A DNA stretch of 64,000 nucleotides from an uncultured Oscillospiraceae bacterium. GTDB taxonomy: Bacteria; Bacillota; Clostridia; Oscillospirales; CAG-382. The stretch lies in the NCBI GenBank assembly GCA_964485815.1, contig CAZAJX010000005.1, positions 193-64,192 on the forward strand, read 5' to 3'. The position numbers and the translations under genes are program-made. Shown here in pieces: positions 9,907 through 19,025 of this stretch (position 1 is its first letter; every line of letters starts with the position of its first letter). Under the pieces are notes generated by a model. The model was not told the DNA's origin. It worked only from the letters and a program-made list of their open reading frames with translations, and did not search any database.

Positions 9907-11073
9907 CTACTCAAAGCATATCGCGTATTTTTTGTTCTTGCGTAATTCGTTTTTGAAATCTTCAGGCATGTGTTTAACCTCTTTTTGCCAAAAGTTTTCT
10001 CCGAGGGGACGCAAAGTGTCTTTTTCTATGGGTTTTAAGTGTGATACCAGCGGTGCGGAATAGGAGTATTCGTACTCTTCGGAAATTTGCTCGTACTTTT
10101 TGTAATGCTCAAATCCTTTGTCGAAATATTCGAGCGCCTTTTCAAAATTCTTTGCTATATATGATTCGTAATCAGCCAAATTCATATACAGATTTCCTAT
10201 ATTTTGATGATATTCGCCGCATCTGCCGTCTTCGAAAATAGCTTCAAACAGTTTTATCAGCGCCGATTTCATTTTCGGTCTGAAATCCGAAGTGTAAAGG
10301 CTTGTTTTTGAAGCCTGAGCGTTTGAAACCGCTATGCCCAGTTCACAAAGCAATATCATAACCCGCTCGGCTTGATACCGCATCATTTCTTCGCCGGCAG
10401 CTGTGTTCGGCATTAGCATTTCCTTGCCGATGGCGATGGAACTTTGCGCTTCTGCCAACTCCTTTGCCTCCTTATATTTTCCCATTTCCATATAAAGCGA
10501 GGTCATTAGGCATATTGCTGTTTCTCGATCCTTTGGAGAAGGATTCGATTTTAACAGCTTTTCGAACGCCGATATTGATTCTTGCCAGTATGGATTTTGT
10601 GAATGGTATTCGGTATCATAACGTAAAATGCCGGATTCGCTTTTGTAATCGGTTTTCATACCGTATTTGTTGAAACCCCACGAGTAAAGCGTGTTTGCAA
10701 GCCGTAAAAGTATTCTCGGCTCATTGGGAAATTCATCAGCGGCAGTACGAAGCATATCAATACAGTTCTCAACTTCTTCCGATATACTTCCCTGATAATA
10801 GTGAAAGCCTTGGTTCGCTATAACCTTATCGGCTTTATCCAAAATGCTTTTTATTTTTTCTTCTCTGTCGGAATTGTATCCGAACAATTCGTCTATGGAA
10901 ATGTGAAAATAATTGGCAATGGCAGGCAGCATTTCCATATCGGGGTACCCGCCGTTTGATTCCCAGCGGGAGATAGCTTGGGATGTTACTCCCAACGCTT
11001 CCGCGAGGTTTTCCTGCGTGCGTCCGTCCCGCTTGCGAAGTTCACGTATTTTTTGTCCTAAATTAAGCTGCAT
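9907..11073 (-). CDS. XRE-family HTH regulator with helical-repeat (TPR-like) C-terminal domain
   Basis: N-terminus LRKRDGRTQENLAEALGVTSQAISRWESNGGYPD. ATG at 11073 preceded by GGAGG. Confidence 0.8.
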   Translation of the reverse strand: MQLNLGQKIRELRKRDGRTQENLAEALGVTSQAISRWESNGGYPDMEMLPAIANYFHISIDELFGYNSDREEKIKSILDKADKVIANQGFHYYQGSISEEVENCIDMLRTAADEFPNEPRILLRLANTLYSWGFNKYGMKTDYKSESGILRYDTEYHSQNPYWQESISAFEKLLKSNPSPKDRETAICLMTSLYMEMGKYKEAKELAEAQSSIAIGKEMLMPNTAAGEEMMRYQAERVMILLCELGIAVSNAQASKTSLYTSDFRPKMKSALIKLFEAIFEDGRCGEYHQNIGNLYMNLADYESYIAKNFEKALEYFDKGFEHYKKYEQISEEYEYSYSAPLVSHLKPIEKDTLRPLGENFWQKEVKHMPEDFKNELRKNKKYAICFE

Positions 11074-11272
11074 AAAAGCACCTCCAAATGTTGTTATCAC
11101 CGGTGTAGCTTTATTATAACAGATATTTTCACAAAAACAATTATCAATTCCTTGTTACAGACTAAACAAACCGTTGAGTTTTTCGAATATTCACAGTGCT
11201 TTGGATTATTGACTTTTAAAAAAGCACATGTTATATTAAAGACAGTAATACAATATAGAAAAGGAGCATTTT

Positions 11273-11527
11273 ATGAAGAATCGCGCCGGGATTGATGTTT
11301 TTATTAAAATCGTGCAAATGCTATCGCTTTTTGCAATTATTGTTTTTGCATCTCTGGGTATTTTCTGCGATTGGCAGCCTTCCTCAAGTATTACGTTCCC
11401 CGTTGTCGGTATTTCTTTGTTGTGTAATGCATACAACTTATGGGGCACGGAGCGTAAGCTCGCATACTGTTCCTTGGCGGTAGCCGTATGTGCTTTTGTC
11501 ACTTTTGTTGTTTTTCTTTTTATATAA
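11273..11527 (+). CDS. small hydrophobic membrane protein
   Basis: 84 aa with 3 predicted TM segments, AAAGGAG RBS, terminator downstream. Confidence 0.55.
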   Translation: MKNRAGIDVFIKIVQMLSLFAIIVFASLGIFCDWQPSSSITFPVVGISLLCNAYNLWGTERKLAYCSLAVAVCAFVTFVVFLFI

Positions 11528-11555
11528 TTATACATACCAAATATTAAATTAAAAT

Positions 11556-11586
11556 CCCGTTTGCATTTGAAGACAAACGGGGTTTT
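11556..11586. terminator. bidirectional terminator
   Basis: cccgtttg / caaacggg stem, A-run before it and T-run after it. Confidence 0.6.
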
Positions 11587-11603
11587 GACATTTATAGATT
11601 TTA

Positions 11604-12899
11604 TTATTGTCCGATAAGCTTTAAATAGTAGTTGCAATATGCATCGTTGTTGGAGGTGGATGCGGTGGCAAAGAGAATGATATCGTCAACTCCTTCATTT
11701 TTTACCAGAGGTCGTATGTCAATTTCAATATGTCTGGGATCGATAACGATTATCTTTCCGTAATGTTCGATAAGGAAAGGAACGAATGCGTTACCCGAGG
11801 ATTCCTTGATAACCAGTGCGACCTTATCGGGATCGTTTTCAGGAACTACTATCTCTGCATAAGGCTGGTCGCCGATAAGGAAGCAGGAATAGGTTTCTAT
11901 ATACGCATGCACGCAGGTATCGTACTGTCCTTTTATGTTTTTCTCGGCATCGTAATAAACCGTATAAGTGTGTTCCTTGCGGGGCATATATGCATGCACG
12001 GTGTCATAGAACGTATTTACGCGCTCGTCCTGCGCATAGATGTTGGTAAGACCGATAAATTCGGTAGTAAGTACACGGTCTTCAAAAGCGGAAAGAGGAG
12101 TAGGAGTAAGACCTATGGACTTTGCGTATTCGCAGTAAGTGTAATATGCGCCCAGCTGTGTCCAATGGAAATCACTCTTGAAAAACAGATATTCGCCTCT
12201 GTGCTTTTCGAAGGTGCTCCTCAGGTTGATATAGTTTACGTCGCCGTACATAACGGATGCCATATCGTCCAGCACCTTGCCTTGGTCGTTAAGCATCGCC
12301 TGCACATACGGGTTTTTGATATTTATGGAATTTGCGGGGTGGTTGATTACCGTTATGCGTACATCGGGAAAGGTCTGGGCGTATTTTACGTATGCATCCG
12401 CATATCTTTGGGAAACACGCTTGTTGAAATATGCCTGTGAATACGCAGCGCCGTCATACAAGAGATAACCTGAATCAATAAACTCCGCATCTCCTGCATC
12501 GGTGTATATTTCCTCGGGTACAGAAGATTCCTCGGGCTCCGATATTTCTTCAGGCTCTGATGTTTCTTCAGGCCTGGAAGTTTCCGCAGGCTTTGAGGAT
12601 TCATCCGGCTTTGATTGCTCGGGTTCCGCTTGGGAAACGGTTTGGGAAACTTCCGTTACGGATTCTTCGCTTATTTCATTTAAATTTTCGCTGTTTTCCG
12701 CGCTTGCTTCAAAAACGTTGCTTTCGGTTTGCATATTGCTTTCATCACTTTCGTCTGTTGTTATGCTGTTTTCGGAAACGGCGCTTTCATTTTTGCTGCC
12801 AGAAGCATCGGATATTTCGTTTGCCGAATTTTGAACGCATCCGAAAAGCACCGCAAAAGTAAATATTGATAAAAATAAAAACAACAAGCACTTTTTCAT
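11604..12899 (-). CDS. DHHW-family lipoprotein (AlgX/AlgJ-like SGNH fold)
   Basis: Lipobox LFGC after MKKCLLFLFL, acidic S/E/P linker, FKSDFHWT motif. ATG at 12899 with GGAG RBS. Paralogue of 47467-48702. Confidence 0.8.
   Translation of the reverse strand: MKKCLLFLFLSIFTFAVLFGCVQNSANEISDASGSKNESAVSENSITTDESDESNMQTESNVFEASAENSENLNEISEESVTEVSQTVSQAEPEQSKPDESSKPAETSRPEETSEPEEISEPEESSVPEEIYTDAGDAEFIDSGYLLYDGAAYSQAYFNKRVSQRYADAYVKYAQTFPDVRITVINHPANSINIKNPYVQAMLNDQGKVLDDMASVMYGDVNYINLRSTFEKHRGEYLFFKSDFHWTQLGAYYTYCEYAKSIGLTPTPLSAFEDRVLTTEFIGLTNIYAQDERVNTFYDTVHAYMPRKEHTYTVYYDAEKNIKGQYDTCVHAYIETYSCFLIGDQPYAEIVVPENDPDKVALVIKESSGNAFVPFLIEHYGKIIVIDPRHIEIDIRPLVKNEGVDDIILFATASTSNNDAYCNYYLKLIGQ
12510..12625 (-). 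repeat. intragenic 18-nt (hexapeptide) periodic repeat encoding KPDESS/KPAETS/RPEETS/EPEEIS/EPEESS
   Basis: Read directly from the translation and the DNA. Imperfect units. Confidence 0.6.
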
Positions 12900-12936
12900 G
12901 TTTTTACTCCTCATATTCAAGGGTTTGAGTACTGAC

Positions 12937-12965
12937 AGTTTACCATAGTTTATTTGCGTTGTCAA
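12937..12965 (-). promoter_or_regulatory. putative promoter (TTGACA-17-TAAACT with TGg extended -10) for the DHHW gene
   Basis: Minus strand: ttgaca (12965-12960), 17-nt spacer, taaact (12942-12937). Confidence 0.5.
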
Positions 12966-12999
12966 TGCACGGCGCGGGAGATGTGTATAACTCCCCGGT

Positions 13000-13530
13000 T
13001 TATTCTGCATAATGAACGAGTTCGTCCAATTCTTTGCGTTTTTTCGGTCTGAGTTTGTCGTCATCTGCGGGGTATCCTAAGGTAATAACCAATCTTACTG
13101 CGCCGTCAAGACCGCATATCTCCCGTATTTTCATATCGTCAAGCCAGCCGAGAATGCAGGTGCCCAAGCCCTGATCTGCGGCTTCTGCTGTGATATATGC
13201 CGAGAGTATGCCTATATCTATGGAACGGTAATCGTTGCCCTTTACCTTTGCGCCCAGTGCGGCGGAGGCGACGTAAGGCTTTTCGGAAATGACCAGCATA
13301 ACAGGTGCGTCTGCGGCGAATTTGTTCATTCCCATTCCCGTAACAGCCTTTGCCACACGGCAGGCGGAATCGCCTTTGCAAACGGTAATATGGTACGGCT
13401 GACCGTTGCAAGCGGAGGGTGAAAGACGTGCGGAGGCGAGGATGGCGTCCAGCTTTTCTGTTTCCACTTCCCTGCTCGGATCATAATTTCTGCAGGACTG
13501 TCGTGTTTTGGCGATTTCGGTAAAATTCAT
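13000..13530 (-). CDS. nitroreductase-family protein
   Basis: MNFTEIAKTRQSCRNYD... is a typical nitroreductase N-terminus. ATG at 13530 after GGAGGAAG. Confidence 0.82.
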   Translation of the reverse strand: MNFTEIAKTRQSCRNYDPSREVETEKLDAILASARLSPSACNGQPYHITVCKGDSACRVAKAVTGMGMNKFAADAPVMLVISEKPYVASAALGAKVKGNDYRSIDIGILSAYITAEAADQGLGTCILGWLDDMKIREICGLDGAVRLVITLGYPADDDKLRPKKRKELDELVHYAE

Positions 13531-13668
13531 AGGCTTCCTCCACGGGACATTTTTTATTATTATACCACGGGGTACACCTGTTTTCAATGAAAAGTTAATA
13601 TTGCAAAAGCGAAAAAGCTTTGATATAATAAAAATAGTTTTAAAAATACATAAAAAGTGGGGTTTGTT

Positions 13669-15336
13669 ATGAGCTTTAAAAGAATATGCGTGCTTGTGCT
13701 TGCGTTTTTAATGTGTATGGGAGTTTTGGTATCCTGCACGGAAAACGAAACGAGCAACGATGAATCGGTACAAAACGAAAGCGTTCCCGAAGAGGAGAGT
13801 AAAGAAACCATGCCCGAATACTGGGGATTTAACGATTACAAAACGACAGAAATAACAGGCGCGCCCGAGGAGATCAAGTCTTATGAAACCACGGTTACCA
13901 AGGTAAGCGACAGCAAGTACGCTATGAGCTGCCAGACCGAGGCGGGCAAGCTGACCATAACTCTGGAAGAAAGACCCTGGGGCTGCTTTAACCTTTGGTC
14001 CTGGAACCTTGTGGATAACGACGGAAAGACTCACACTTTCGCTGTGGGCGCAACGGATTTTGAATACGTACATATTCCCACCACACCCAAGGGAACTAAC
14101 GTATGGTCGGGCGGAAACCACGGAAACGAAGCCTTTTTATCCATTGATTTTTACAACGCCGAAACCGGCGAAAAGCTTGAGCTTGAAAAAGGAAAGGCTG
14201 TAACCGTAAACTCTCTCCACGTTATCGAAAAGACAAAGCTGCTTTGGTTCCCCGATGACAACAGCGACAGTATCGGCGATTACAACAACAAAAATATGTC
14301 CTATACCGACGATGACGTTTACTGCGAAATGACCAGAAAGTACACCTTTACCGGTCCGCAGATAAAGCTGAATTGCGATTATAAATACGTAAAGGACGTA
14401 TCTCACAGCCGTTCTTACACCTGTATGTTCCCTATCAATAAAAAATACGGTCTTTGGTGCGAGATGTACGATAACAGCGGCAAGCTATTGAGAACAATAG
14501 AGACGCTCAAGGTAGGCGCGGCAGACTATTCCGGCCCCTCCAATTCCGGTAATGCGGCTACACGAGCAGTAATTTACGGGTACGCCGACCCCAGATATCA
14601 ATTTGACGTAAGAGTTACCACGTACGAGGATTCTCTGGATAAATGTCAGGGTGATTACAAGACTGCATACTGGGATATGAATACCACGGATAACAAGCTT
14701 TATTTCACCAAGTTCTCCAATTCCGCAAAGAGAACCTTAGAAGCGGGAACTGAATTCCACACCGAATGCTTCTGGCTGTTCAAATACGTTGAGGATGCGG
14801 TAGCGCCCGAGATAAGCGAGCCGGAACCTACAATTCCCGACGAGGCGGAGCCTGTGGGAACTTTAGTTTCGGGCGGTAAAGAATATACCCTTTCCGGTCT
14901 TTTGGGAACGGGATACGGCAACTACACGGCAAAGCTTACCGACGGAAAATATACCTCTACCCTTACATACGATAATAACTGGTTTTCATTCTTTAACAGC
15001 GCTTCTCTTACTCCCGAGGAGCTGAACACCGAAGACGGTATCGGCTGGCTTATAATAGATCTGGGCAAGGAAACGGATATTTCCTTCCTGCGCGCCCACA
15101 TCTGTAACGGCGGTACTGCGGGAATCAACGCGCCTCACAGTGCCACAGTTTCCGTATCGAGCGACGGCGAAACGTTTACCGACGTTGCATCCCTCCCCAT
15201 TTCCACCGATGCAAGCGCCATCTACTGGACTCACGCCGAAACCGAGGGTGTAACAGGCAGATATGTAAAATTCACCTTCAAGCCCAACGGATTGTTCGTT
15301 TTCCTTAACGAAGTTGAGGTCTACGAGGCTGAATAA
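13669..15336 (+). CDS. secreted lipoprotein with C-terminal discoidin-like (F5/8 type C-like) module
   Basis: Lipobox LVSC. The C-terminal ...AKLTDGKY...WLIIDLGKE...YVKFTF... module recurs in the 1029-aa lipoprotein. Start is ATG 13669 or GTG 13657. Confidence 0.72.
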   Translation: MSFKRICVLVLAFLMCMGVLVSCTENETSNDESVQNESVPEEESKETMPEYWGFNDYKTTEITGAPEEIKSYETTVTKVSDSKYAMSCQTEAGKLTITLEERPWGCFNLWSWNLVDNDGKTHTFAVGATDFEYVHIPTTPKGTNVWSGGNHGNEAFLSIDFYNAETGEKLELEKGKAVTVNSLHVIEKTKLLWFPDDNSDSIGDYNNKNMSYTDDDVYCEMTRKYTFTGPQIKLNCDYKYVKDVSHSRSYTCMFPINKKYGLWCEMYDNSGKLLRTIETLKVGAADYSGPSNSGNAATRAVIYGYADPRYQFDVRVTTYEDSLDKCQGDYKTAYWDMNTTDNKLYFTKFSNSAKRTLEAGTEFHTECFWLFKYVEDAVAPEISEPEPTIPDEAEPVGTLVSGGKEYTLSGLLGTGYGNYTAKLTDGKYTSTLTYDNNWFSFFNSASLTPEELNTEDGIGWLIIDLGKETDISFLRAHICNGGTAGINAPHSATVSVSSDGETFTDVASLPISTDASAIYWTHAETEGVTGRYVKFTFKPNGLFVFLNEVEVYEAE

Positions 15337-15350
15337 TTAACCAAAATTCA

Positions 15351-15390
15351 AAACGCCATCGTTATTCGATGGCGTTTCGATGGCGTTTTT
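15351..15390 (+). terminator. rho-independent terminator with duplicated 3' arm
   Basis: aaacgccatcg pairs with either of two tandem cgatggcgttt copies. T-run at the end. Confidence 0.7.
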
Positions 15391-15447
15391 GAATATTAAA
15401 CCGGTTCTCCGAATAAACTTATATAAATAATTTTAAACGGAGGAAAA

Positions 15448-15978
15448 ATGAAACCAATACCTTGGAAATGGTCTGTTTTAGGTTTTTTCTTTGTGGGCGC
15501 GGCAGGCGTGCTGCTTCATTATCTGTACGATATTACAAACGGAAATTATATTGCCGCAATATTTTCGGGAGTGAACGAATCCACATGGGAGCATATGAAG
15601 CTTATGTTTTTCCCGCTGTTTGTATTTGCGCTGATACAAAGCCGGTATTTTAAGGGATACGGTAATTTTTGGTGTGTAAAGCTTTTGGGCATAATAACGG
15701 GTGTTTTTCTTATTCCCGTGCTGTTTTACACTATAAACGGCGTGTTCGGCAAAACGCCCGATTGGGTGAATATAAATATTTTCTTTGTTTGTACCGCGGC
15801 TGCGTTTGTTTTGGAAGCGATTATGTTTAAAAGAAACGCTTTCTCCTGCGCAAGCCCTCGGGTTTCCGTTGCCGTGCTGGCGGTATTTGCCGTATTGTTT
15901 GCGGTCTTTACGTTTTCACCGCCCCGCATACCCTTGTTTAAAGACCCCGTTACCGATGAATACGGAATAATTAAATAA
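15448..15978 (+). CDS. polytopic membrane protein (DUF6512-like)
   Basis: 176 aa, 5-6 TM segments, NESTWEHMKLMFFP motif recalled from the DUF6512 family. GGAGGA RBS. Confidence 0.68.
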   Translation: MKPIPWKWSVLGFFFVGAAGVLLHYLYDITNGNYIAAIFSGVNESTWEHMKLMFFPLFVFALIQSRYFKGYGNFWCVKLLGIITGVFLIPVLFYTINGVFGKTPDWVNINIFFVCTAAAFVLEAIMFKRNAFSCASPRVSVAVLAVFAVLFAVFTFSPPRIPLFKDPVTDEYGIIK

Positions 15979-16110
15979 AGTGCGGGCAGAGTGGGACAAA
16001 GGCAGGTGTTTTTTACGAAAAGCGAGCGTAGGCGTAGTAATCTACGGTAGTCGAGCTTTTCCTGAAAGCGCTTGAAAAATAAGTATTTTTCATTCCTCAT
16101 ATAAAAAACA

Positions 16111-16149
16111 AAGTATGCTTTAATTTTGAAAAGCATACTTTTTTCTTTT
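16111..16149. terminator. bidirectional terminator
   Basis: aagtatgctt / aagcatactt 10-bp stem, A-run before it and T-run after it. Confidence 0.6.
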
Positions 16150-16233
16150 GGCTATTCTTTTTTGTTCTTTTCAAGCACGTAAAGACCGACTTTGTCTTTG
16201 CTTTGAGGAGAAGCGTGGGCGGGAACGCCGTTT

Positions 16234-16857
16234 TCATTTGCGTTCGCCGGTGATAATATATCTTATATTCTCCGTTATTTCATCTTCCTTTGGATTTGAC
16301 GCAATTATGGGAAAAACAACTTCTCTGCTTTCTCTCGTGTGAGGCAGTTTCCCCGCCGATTCAAGGGCTTGCGAGAGGTGGTTGTTCTGCAAATACAAAA
16401 AACACAGTACTGCCCGCATAGTAGCTTTTTGCTTTTCATTTTGAGATAACAAAAGTCCTTTTTCGGTAAACGCTATGGCTAAAGCGGTATCGCCCTTTAA
16501 CGCAAGCACACCCGCAAGACCCAACAGCATTTCCGCGTCATTGGGATACGTGCACAAGGCATCACGGTACACCTTTTCCGCATCCTCCAACCGGTCGGTT
16601 TTCATAAATATATTTGCTTTATCGTGAATATTGTATTTTGTATCTACCGCCCTTATAGTATCCATCCCCATAAGGAGATCTATGCTTGTTTCAAAAACGT
16701 TTGCCAGGGCGGGCAGCAGCGTGATATCGGGATACGTTTCGCCCCGCTCCCATTTGGAAACGCTTTGCGGCGTTATATTCAAATAGTCCGCCACGTCCTC
16801 CTGAGTAAGGTTTTTTTGAATTCTGAATTTTCTTAAATTTTCTGCAAGATACAACAT
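16234..16857 (-). CDS. XRE-family HTH regulator with TPR-like domain
   Basis: LTQEDVADYLNITPQSVSKWERGETYPD. Paralogue of 9907-11073. Confidence 0.8.
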   Translation of the reverse strand: MLYLAENLRKFRIQKNLTQEDVADYLNITPQSVSKWERGETYPDITLLPALANVFETSIDLLMGMDTIRAVDTKYNIHDKANIFMKTDRLEDAEKVYRDALCTYPNDAEMLLGLAGVLALKGDTALAIAFTEKGLLLSQNEKQKATMRAVLCFLYLQNNHLSQALESAGKLPHTRESREVVFPIIASNPKEDEITENIRYIITGERK

Positions 16858-17119
16858 AAAACACACCGTTCCGTACGTAAAATTCAGCCGTTAAGCGGCT
16901 GTAGCTCAATTATACCTTAAGCGGACGCCCAAAGCAATAACCCATTGCTTTAATCCGATTCGCCCATAGGGTGAACATAATGTTTATATTTGTGCTTTTT
17001 CACCCCGAAATGTACCGAAAACAAAGGAGTAAACAGTAAAAAAATGTTGTGTTTTGACGTAAATTATGATAACATATATGTGAATAATTATAGTTATTTA
17101 TATTAAGGAAGTCAAATTT

Positions 17120-17872
17120 ATGTACGATCTGCAAAAAGCCAGTATGTGGAAGCGCATTTCCGCGGCTTTGTTTGATTTTATTATATTGTGTATGGCTGCT
17201 GTGGGATTTGCCGCTCTGTTATCCGCTATGCTGGGATACGACGGATACACGGCGCAAATGCAGGAATACTACGCTGAGTATGAAGAAAAGTATGATATTT
17301 CCCTTGATCTTACGGTAAACGAATACAACGCATTAAGCGATGAGGAAAAAGCAAAATACGAGGAAGCCGACAAAGAGTTCGCATCAGACCCCGAGGTGAA
17401 CAAGCTTTACGGTATGATCTTCAATCTTACCCTGCTTATAATCATTTTCGGTATACTTGCCGCATTTATACTGCTGGAGTTTATCGTTCCCCTTATTTTC
17501 AAAAACGGGCAGACTCTGGGTAAAAAAATATTCGGAATCGGAGTTATGCGGGCAGACGGTGTGAAGATAACCCCCGTACTGCTGTTTGCCCGTACCGTGT
17601 TGGGTAAATACACGGTGGAAACAATGCTTCCCGTAATGATAGCTCTGCTTATTTATTTCAACGTTATGGGAATTATCGGCACGGTTGCCATATTTGCTAT
17701 CGCTCTGGTACAGTTGATAATGGTATTTGCCACTCACGCTCATTACGCCATTCACGATAAGCTGGCGTACACAGTAACGGTGGACATTGCCAGCCAGATG
17801 ATATTCGATACCGAAGAACAGCTTTTGGAGTACAAAAAGCAAAAGCATCTTGAAAGCACGATGCGATCTTAA
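17120..17872 (+). CDS. RDD-family membrane protein
   Basis: WKRISAALFDFIIL N-terminus and KNGQTLGKKIFGIGVMRADG segment, 3-4 TM segments. Confidence 0.75.
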   Translation: MYDLQKASMWKRISAALFDFIILCMAAVGFAALLSAMLGYDGYTAQMQEYYAEYEEKYDISLDLTVNEYNALSDEEKAKYEEADKEFASDPEVNKLYGMIFNLTLLIIIFGILAAFILLEFIVPLIFKNGQTLGKKIFGIGVMRADGVKITPVLLFARTVLGKYTVETMLPVMIALLIYFNVMGIIGTVAIFAIALVQLIMVFATHAHYAIHDKLAYTVTVDIASQMIFDTEEQLLEYKKQKHLESTMRS

Positions 17873-17923
17873 ATACGTTTAAAAAATATAAAAATATACA
17901 TCCTTCAGGAAAGGCAGCGTTTT

Positions 17924-19024
17924 ATGAAAATTGTTTTAGAAAACCTGACAAAAATCTTCCCCGGTCGCAACAAAAAGAAAAACGAGGAAGTTATCGCAGT
18001 CAATGACTTTACCTTCACTATTCCGGACGGAAAGCTGATCGGTCTTCTGGGCCCCTCCGGATGCGGTAAAAGTACCACGCTTTATATGATAAGCGGTCTG
18101 CAAAAGCCCACGGGCGGAAAGATATTCTTCGGGGACGATGACGTTACCCAGCTCTCTGCCGAAAACCGCGGAGTAGGTCTGGTATTCCAGAACTATGCAC
18201 TTTATCCCCACATGACCGTAAAGCAGAACATTATGTTCCCTCTCCAGAACCTCAAAGGCGCAGACAAGCTGAGCAAAGAGGAAATGGTTGAGCGCGCATA
18301 CACCGTTGCTAAGCTGGTACAGATCGATAACCTTATGGAAAGAAAGCCCTCGGAGCTTTCCGGCGGTCAGCAGCAGCGTGTCGCTATCGCCCGCGCTCTT
18401 GTAAAAATGCCTAAGGTGCTTTTGCTGGATGAGCCACTCTCCAACCTTGATGCACGTCTTCGTCTTCAGACCCGTGAAGAAATAAGACGTATTCAGAAAG
18501 AAACGGGAATTACCACCATATTCGTAACCCACGACCAGGAAGAGGCAATGAGTATATCCGACCTGATCGTAGTTATGAAGCTGGGCGTAGTTCAGCAGAT
18601 CGGCGCACCGCAAGAGGTTTACGACGATCCTATAAATCTGTTTGTAGCAAAATTCCTTGGAACTCCTCCCATTAACGTATTCAGCGGTAAGGTAGAAGGC
18701 GAAAAGCTTTATATCGGTGATGCCGCAGTGCTTGACGTTAAGGGCGTTGAAGATCAGGAAGTAACCGTTGGCGTTCGTCCCGAAGGATTTATTCTGGATA
18801 ACGATGGTCCTCTCGTATGCAATCTTAACAGCGTTGAGGTAATGGGACGCGACGTAAGCGTGGTGTCTTCCCACGAATGCGCTTTGGTTCCCAATATCCG
18901 TTCTATTATAGATGCGGACAACAAGGTTGAAGCAAAGGCAACCGTAAGCTACAGCTTAAAACCCCATAAGGTATTCCTGTTTGCAAAAGAAACCGAACAG
19001 CGCGTACGTTTTGAGGTGAAGTAA
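17924..19024 (+). CDS. ABC transporter ATP-binding protein, CUT1 (MalK/UgpC/MsmX-like) with C-terminal regulatory domain
   Basis: Walker A GPSGCGKST, signature LSGGQQQRVAIARAL, Walker B LLLDEPLSNLD. Confidence 0.92.
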   Translation: MKIVLENLTKIFPGRNKKKNEEVIAVNDFTFTIPDGKLIGLLGPSGCGKSTTLYMISGLQKPTGGKIFFGDDDVTQLSAENRGVGLVFQNYALYPHMTVKQNIMFPLQNLKGADKLSKEEMVERAYTVAKLVQIDNLMERKPSELSGGQQQRVAIARALVKMPKVLLLDEPLSNLDARLRLQTREEIRRIQKETGITTIFVTHDQEEAMSISDLIVVMKLGVVQQIGAPQEVYDDPINLFVAKFLGTPPINVFSGKVEGEKLYIGDAAVLDVKGVEDQEVTVGVRPEGFILDNDGPLVCNLNSVEVMGRDVSVVSSHECALVPNIRSIIDADNKVEAKATVSYSLKPHKVFLFAKETEQRVRFEVK

Positions 19025-19025
19025 T

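Noticed and set aside
7980-9914. 644-aa ORF antisense to pfp
   Set aside because: It exactly mirrors a gene with strong family motifs (pfp). Its translation is low-complexity (G/V/A/C/F-rich) and there is no RBS. The codon-aligned reverse frame stays open because the sense gene avoids TTA, CTA and TCA codons.
15351-15390. Direct repeat cgatggcgttt x2
   Set aside because: Best explained as a terminator with a duplicated 3' arm (two alternative pairings). It is not a separate repeat family.
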